A DNA stretch of 64,000 nt from an uncultured Chloroflexia bacterium (GTDB lineage Bacteria; Chloroflexota; Dehalococcoidia; UBA2979), in NCBI GenBank assembly GCA_963728205.1, contig CAVSIV010000006.1, positions 160,001 through 224,000 on the forward strand, read 5' to 3'. Under the pieces are notes generated by a model. That model saw only the letters and a program-made list of their open reading frames with translations, was not told the origin of the DNA and ran no database searches. Each line of letters begins with the position of its first letter. Positions within the stretch are counted from its first letter, which is position 1. The position numbers and the translations under genes were made by a program. Positions 61,804-64,000 of this stretch are shown piece by piece.

Positions 61804-63576
61804 CTACGACTTCAGCCAGTAGAACGGCAGCAGCTCCGCGGCGCCGCCGTAGCCGCGCGTCTGCGCGACGTTTTGCACCGACGGCTGGTACGCCGTGAAG
61901 CTCGTGCCCGTGCCGGCCTGCACCGGCGCGTAGTACATCTTCTCGGCGTTCGCGCGCTGGATGTCGAAGAGGATCTTCGTGCGCGCCTGCTTGTCCATCT
62001 CCACCTGCTGCTTCTTGTCCAGCGCGGTGATGGCGTCGTCGTGCACGCGACCGTGGTTGTTCGGGTCGTCGCCGAAGAACCGGTTCACGTAGCTCCCGGC
62101 CTCCGAGAAGACCGTCGACGACATGAACGCGATGCCGTGGAAGTTCCCGCGGAACGTCTGCGTGATGTACTTCGACGAGTAGTCCTGCACGTCGGTCGTC
62201 GTCTTCAGGCCGACGCCCGTCAGCCAGTTGCCGATCGCCTCGCCCAGGCTGTCGAACAGCTTCCCGTAGCGGTTCGTGTACTGGTACGTGATCGTCTGCG
62301 ACGGGATGCCCACCGCGTCGAGCAGCTTCTTCGCCTCGGCGACGTCGTACTTGAAGTACTTCGCCGACGCGCCCTGGTCCGCCGACTTCGGGTCGAGCCA
62401 GAACCGCGAGCCGAAGCCGGCCGGGATGAAGTTGTTCCAGTCCGTGTTGATCGCGATGCCGGCCTTCTTCATCTCCGGCGGGTTGAAGATGAGCTGGTTC
62501 ATGCCGTCGCGGTCGACCGCCATGGAGACGCCCTGGCGGAAGCGCTCGTCGCGCCACGCGCCGTTCGGGTCCATGTCGGCGCCCGAGAAGTTCACCCAGT
62601 TGAGGATGTAGTTCAGCGGCGCGTTCCAGATGAGGTCCGGGTGCCGCGAGCGCAGGTCGAGCACGGCGTCGACCGGCGTGCTCAGCACGTGCAGGTTGCC
62701 TGCCTCGAACTGCGTCTGCTGCTGCGCCGTCTCCGGGATGTTCGACAGGGTGACGCCGTCGAGATACGGCACGCCCTTGTCGTAGTAGTCCTTGTTCGCC
62801 TTGAACGTCATCTTCGACGAAGCGACGTACTGGTCCATGATCCACGGACCCGTGCCGACCGGCTTCAGCTTGATGTCGAGCGAGTCGCCGGATTCCTTCG
62901 GCAGCACCCAGAAGATATTGGCGTCGGCGAGCGTCTCCAGGAACGTCGGCGACGGCGCGTCGAGCGCGAACGTGTAGGTCGTGTCGTCGACGGCCTCGAC
63001 CTTCGTGAAGTGCGTGACGAGGTTGGCGCTCGTCGACTTCGGGTCGGTCAGCTTCTTCCAGGACTCGAGGACGTCGTCGCTCGTGAGCGCGCGCCCGTTC
63101 AGCGGGTCGATGTTCTGGAACTTGATCCCGGGCTTGAGCTTGACGGTCCAGTGCTGGCCGTCGCTGCTCTCGGCGCTCTGCGCGAGGTCGCCGACCGGGT
63201 CCTGGTCGAACGGGTTCTTCCCCGGCTGCGCGTTGATGCGGTACATCCGGCTGTAGACGTAGGCGGCGAAGCCCTTCGTCGAGTAGCTGGTGTTGCCGTT
63301 CGGGTCGAGCGTCGGCGGGTCGCCGGTGACGTAGGCGTTGTAGGTGCCGCCGCGCTTGACGGTCTCAGCGGAGCCCGTGGGCGCCGCGGTGGCCGTCTTC
63401 AGGCCGCCGCCGCCGCCGCCCGCGGGCGTGGTCGCGGTCGCGCTGCCGTTGCTCGAGCCGCAGCCGATCAGGGCGGCACCGAGCAGCCCCGCGCCGGCGA
63501 CGCCTCCCCCCCGGACGAGGGCGCGGCGTGAGACCCGACGCCCGGTCATCCTGGACCAGTAGCTGTCATCGGACAT
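61804..63576 (-). CDS. Orphan family-5 solute-binding lipoprotein with Tat signal, paralogue of 26151-27932
   Basis: VSRRAL, LIGC; shared RFWLDPKS and QDYSSKYITQTFRGNF. Confidence 0.92.
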   Translation of the reverse strand: MSDDSYWSRMTGRRVSRRALVRGGGVAGAGLLGAALIGCGSSNGSATATTPAGGGGGGLKTATAAPTGSAETVKRGGTYNAYVTGDPPTLDPNGNTSYSTKGFAAYVYSRMYRINAQPGKNPFDQDPVGDLAQSAESSDGQHWTVKLKPGIKFQNIDPLNGRALTSDDVLESWKKLTDPKSTSANLVTHFTKVEAVDDTTYTFALDAPSPTFLETLADANIFWVLPKESGDSLDIKLKPVGTGPWIMDQYVASSKMTFKANKDYYDKGVPYLDGVTLSNIPETAQQQTQFEAGNLHVLSTPVDAVLDLRSRHPDLIWNAPLNYILNWVNFSGADMDPNGAWRDERFRQGVSMAVDRDGMNQLIFNPPEMKKAGIAINTDWNNFIPAGFGSRFWLDPKSADQGASAKYFKYDVAEAKKLLDAVGIPSQTITYQYTNRYGKLFDSLGEAIGNWLTGVGLKTTTDVQDYSSKYITQTFRGNFHGIAFMSSTVFSEAGSYVNRFFGDDPNNHGRVHDDAITALDKKQQVEMDKQARTKILFDIQRANAEKMYYAPVQAGTGTSFTAYQPSVQNVAQTRGYGGAAELLPFYWLKS

Positions 63577-63873
63577 GTGTGGAAGTCCCCTCTGCGTTCG
63601 CTGCCCCGCCAGGGCGACCGGGTACCGGAACCCCGGGGCGAACTGATCGTCCCGGCATGTTCGGAGCCTGTGATGACCCTGGAGATGCAGCCCGACCCCT
63701 CAGGTTGCTGACCGCGAATGTATGCGCCAAATACCACGTCCGTCGATACGTGAATGTAATTTCATGTACGCGCTCGTGATGTCCCAACACCGGCGGCGCG
63801 CTCGGCGCGGGATGCCGCGGCGTCCGCAGCGCCGCCGCGGCGCATGCTAGTGTCCGCGCGGCAGGAGGCGGCC

Positions 63874-64000
63874 GTGGAGTACCAGGACATCCGCTACGCG
63901 GTCGACGACCGCCACGTCGCGACCATCACCCTCGACCGGCCCCGCTACCGCAACGCGCAGAGCCGGCGCCTGCGCGAGGAGATGGACGACGCCTTCGACC
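63874..64000 (+). CDS. Enoyl-CoA hydratase family, partial
   Basis: AGGAGG RBS; MEYQDIRY...ATITLDRPRYRNAQ. Confidence 0.75.
   Translation, partial: MEYQDIRYAVDDRHVATITLDRPRYRNAQSRRLREEMDDAFD

Overview
Very GC-rich bacterial chromosome segment. The gene set (Tat-exported family-5 solute-binding proteins, LLM oxidoreductase, CaiB CoA-transferases, several enoyl-CoA hydratases) suggests Chloroflexota/Dehalococcoidia-like bacteria; this is inference. Most of the window is catabolic and transport genes separated by several families of REP-like palindromes, two of which are expanded into tandem arrays. Lower-GC stretches lie at about 34260-35160, 36420-39690 and 40600-44370. Several genes are broken by 1-nt indels, probably assembly errors. 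Four things are missed or not explained by the ORF track. (1) A MerB-like organometal lyase (30579-31421) has two in-frame TGA codons at the two catalytic Cys positions, each followed by a SECIS-like hairpin, so it is probably a two-selenocysteine enzyme. (2) Two unannotated small hydrophobic peptide genes share VFIWGM; one lies directly behind a MalT/TPR/BTAD regulator, giving a candidate peptide-signalling system. (3) An intact but catalytically dead IS200-type TnpA sits at the end of a peptide ABC operon, next to a hairpin repeat array. (4) An ABC-F gene has a leader containing an MTR micro-ORF. No rRNA, tRNA or true CRISPR array was seen. All family calls come from motif recognition by eye, not from database searches.
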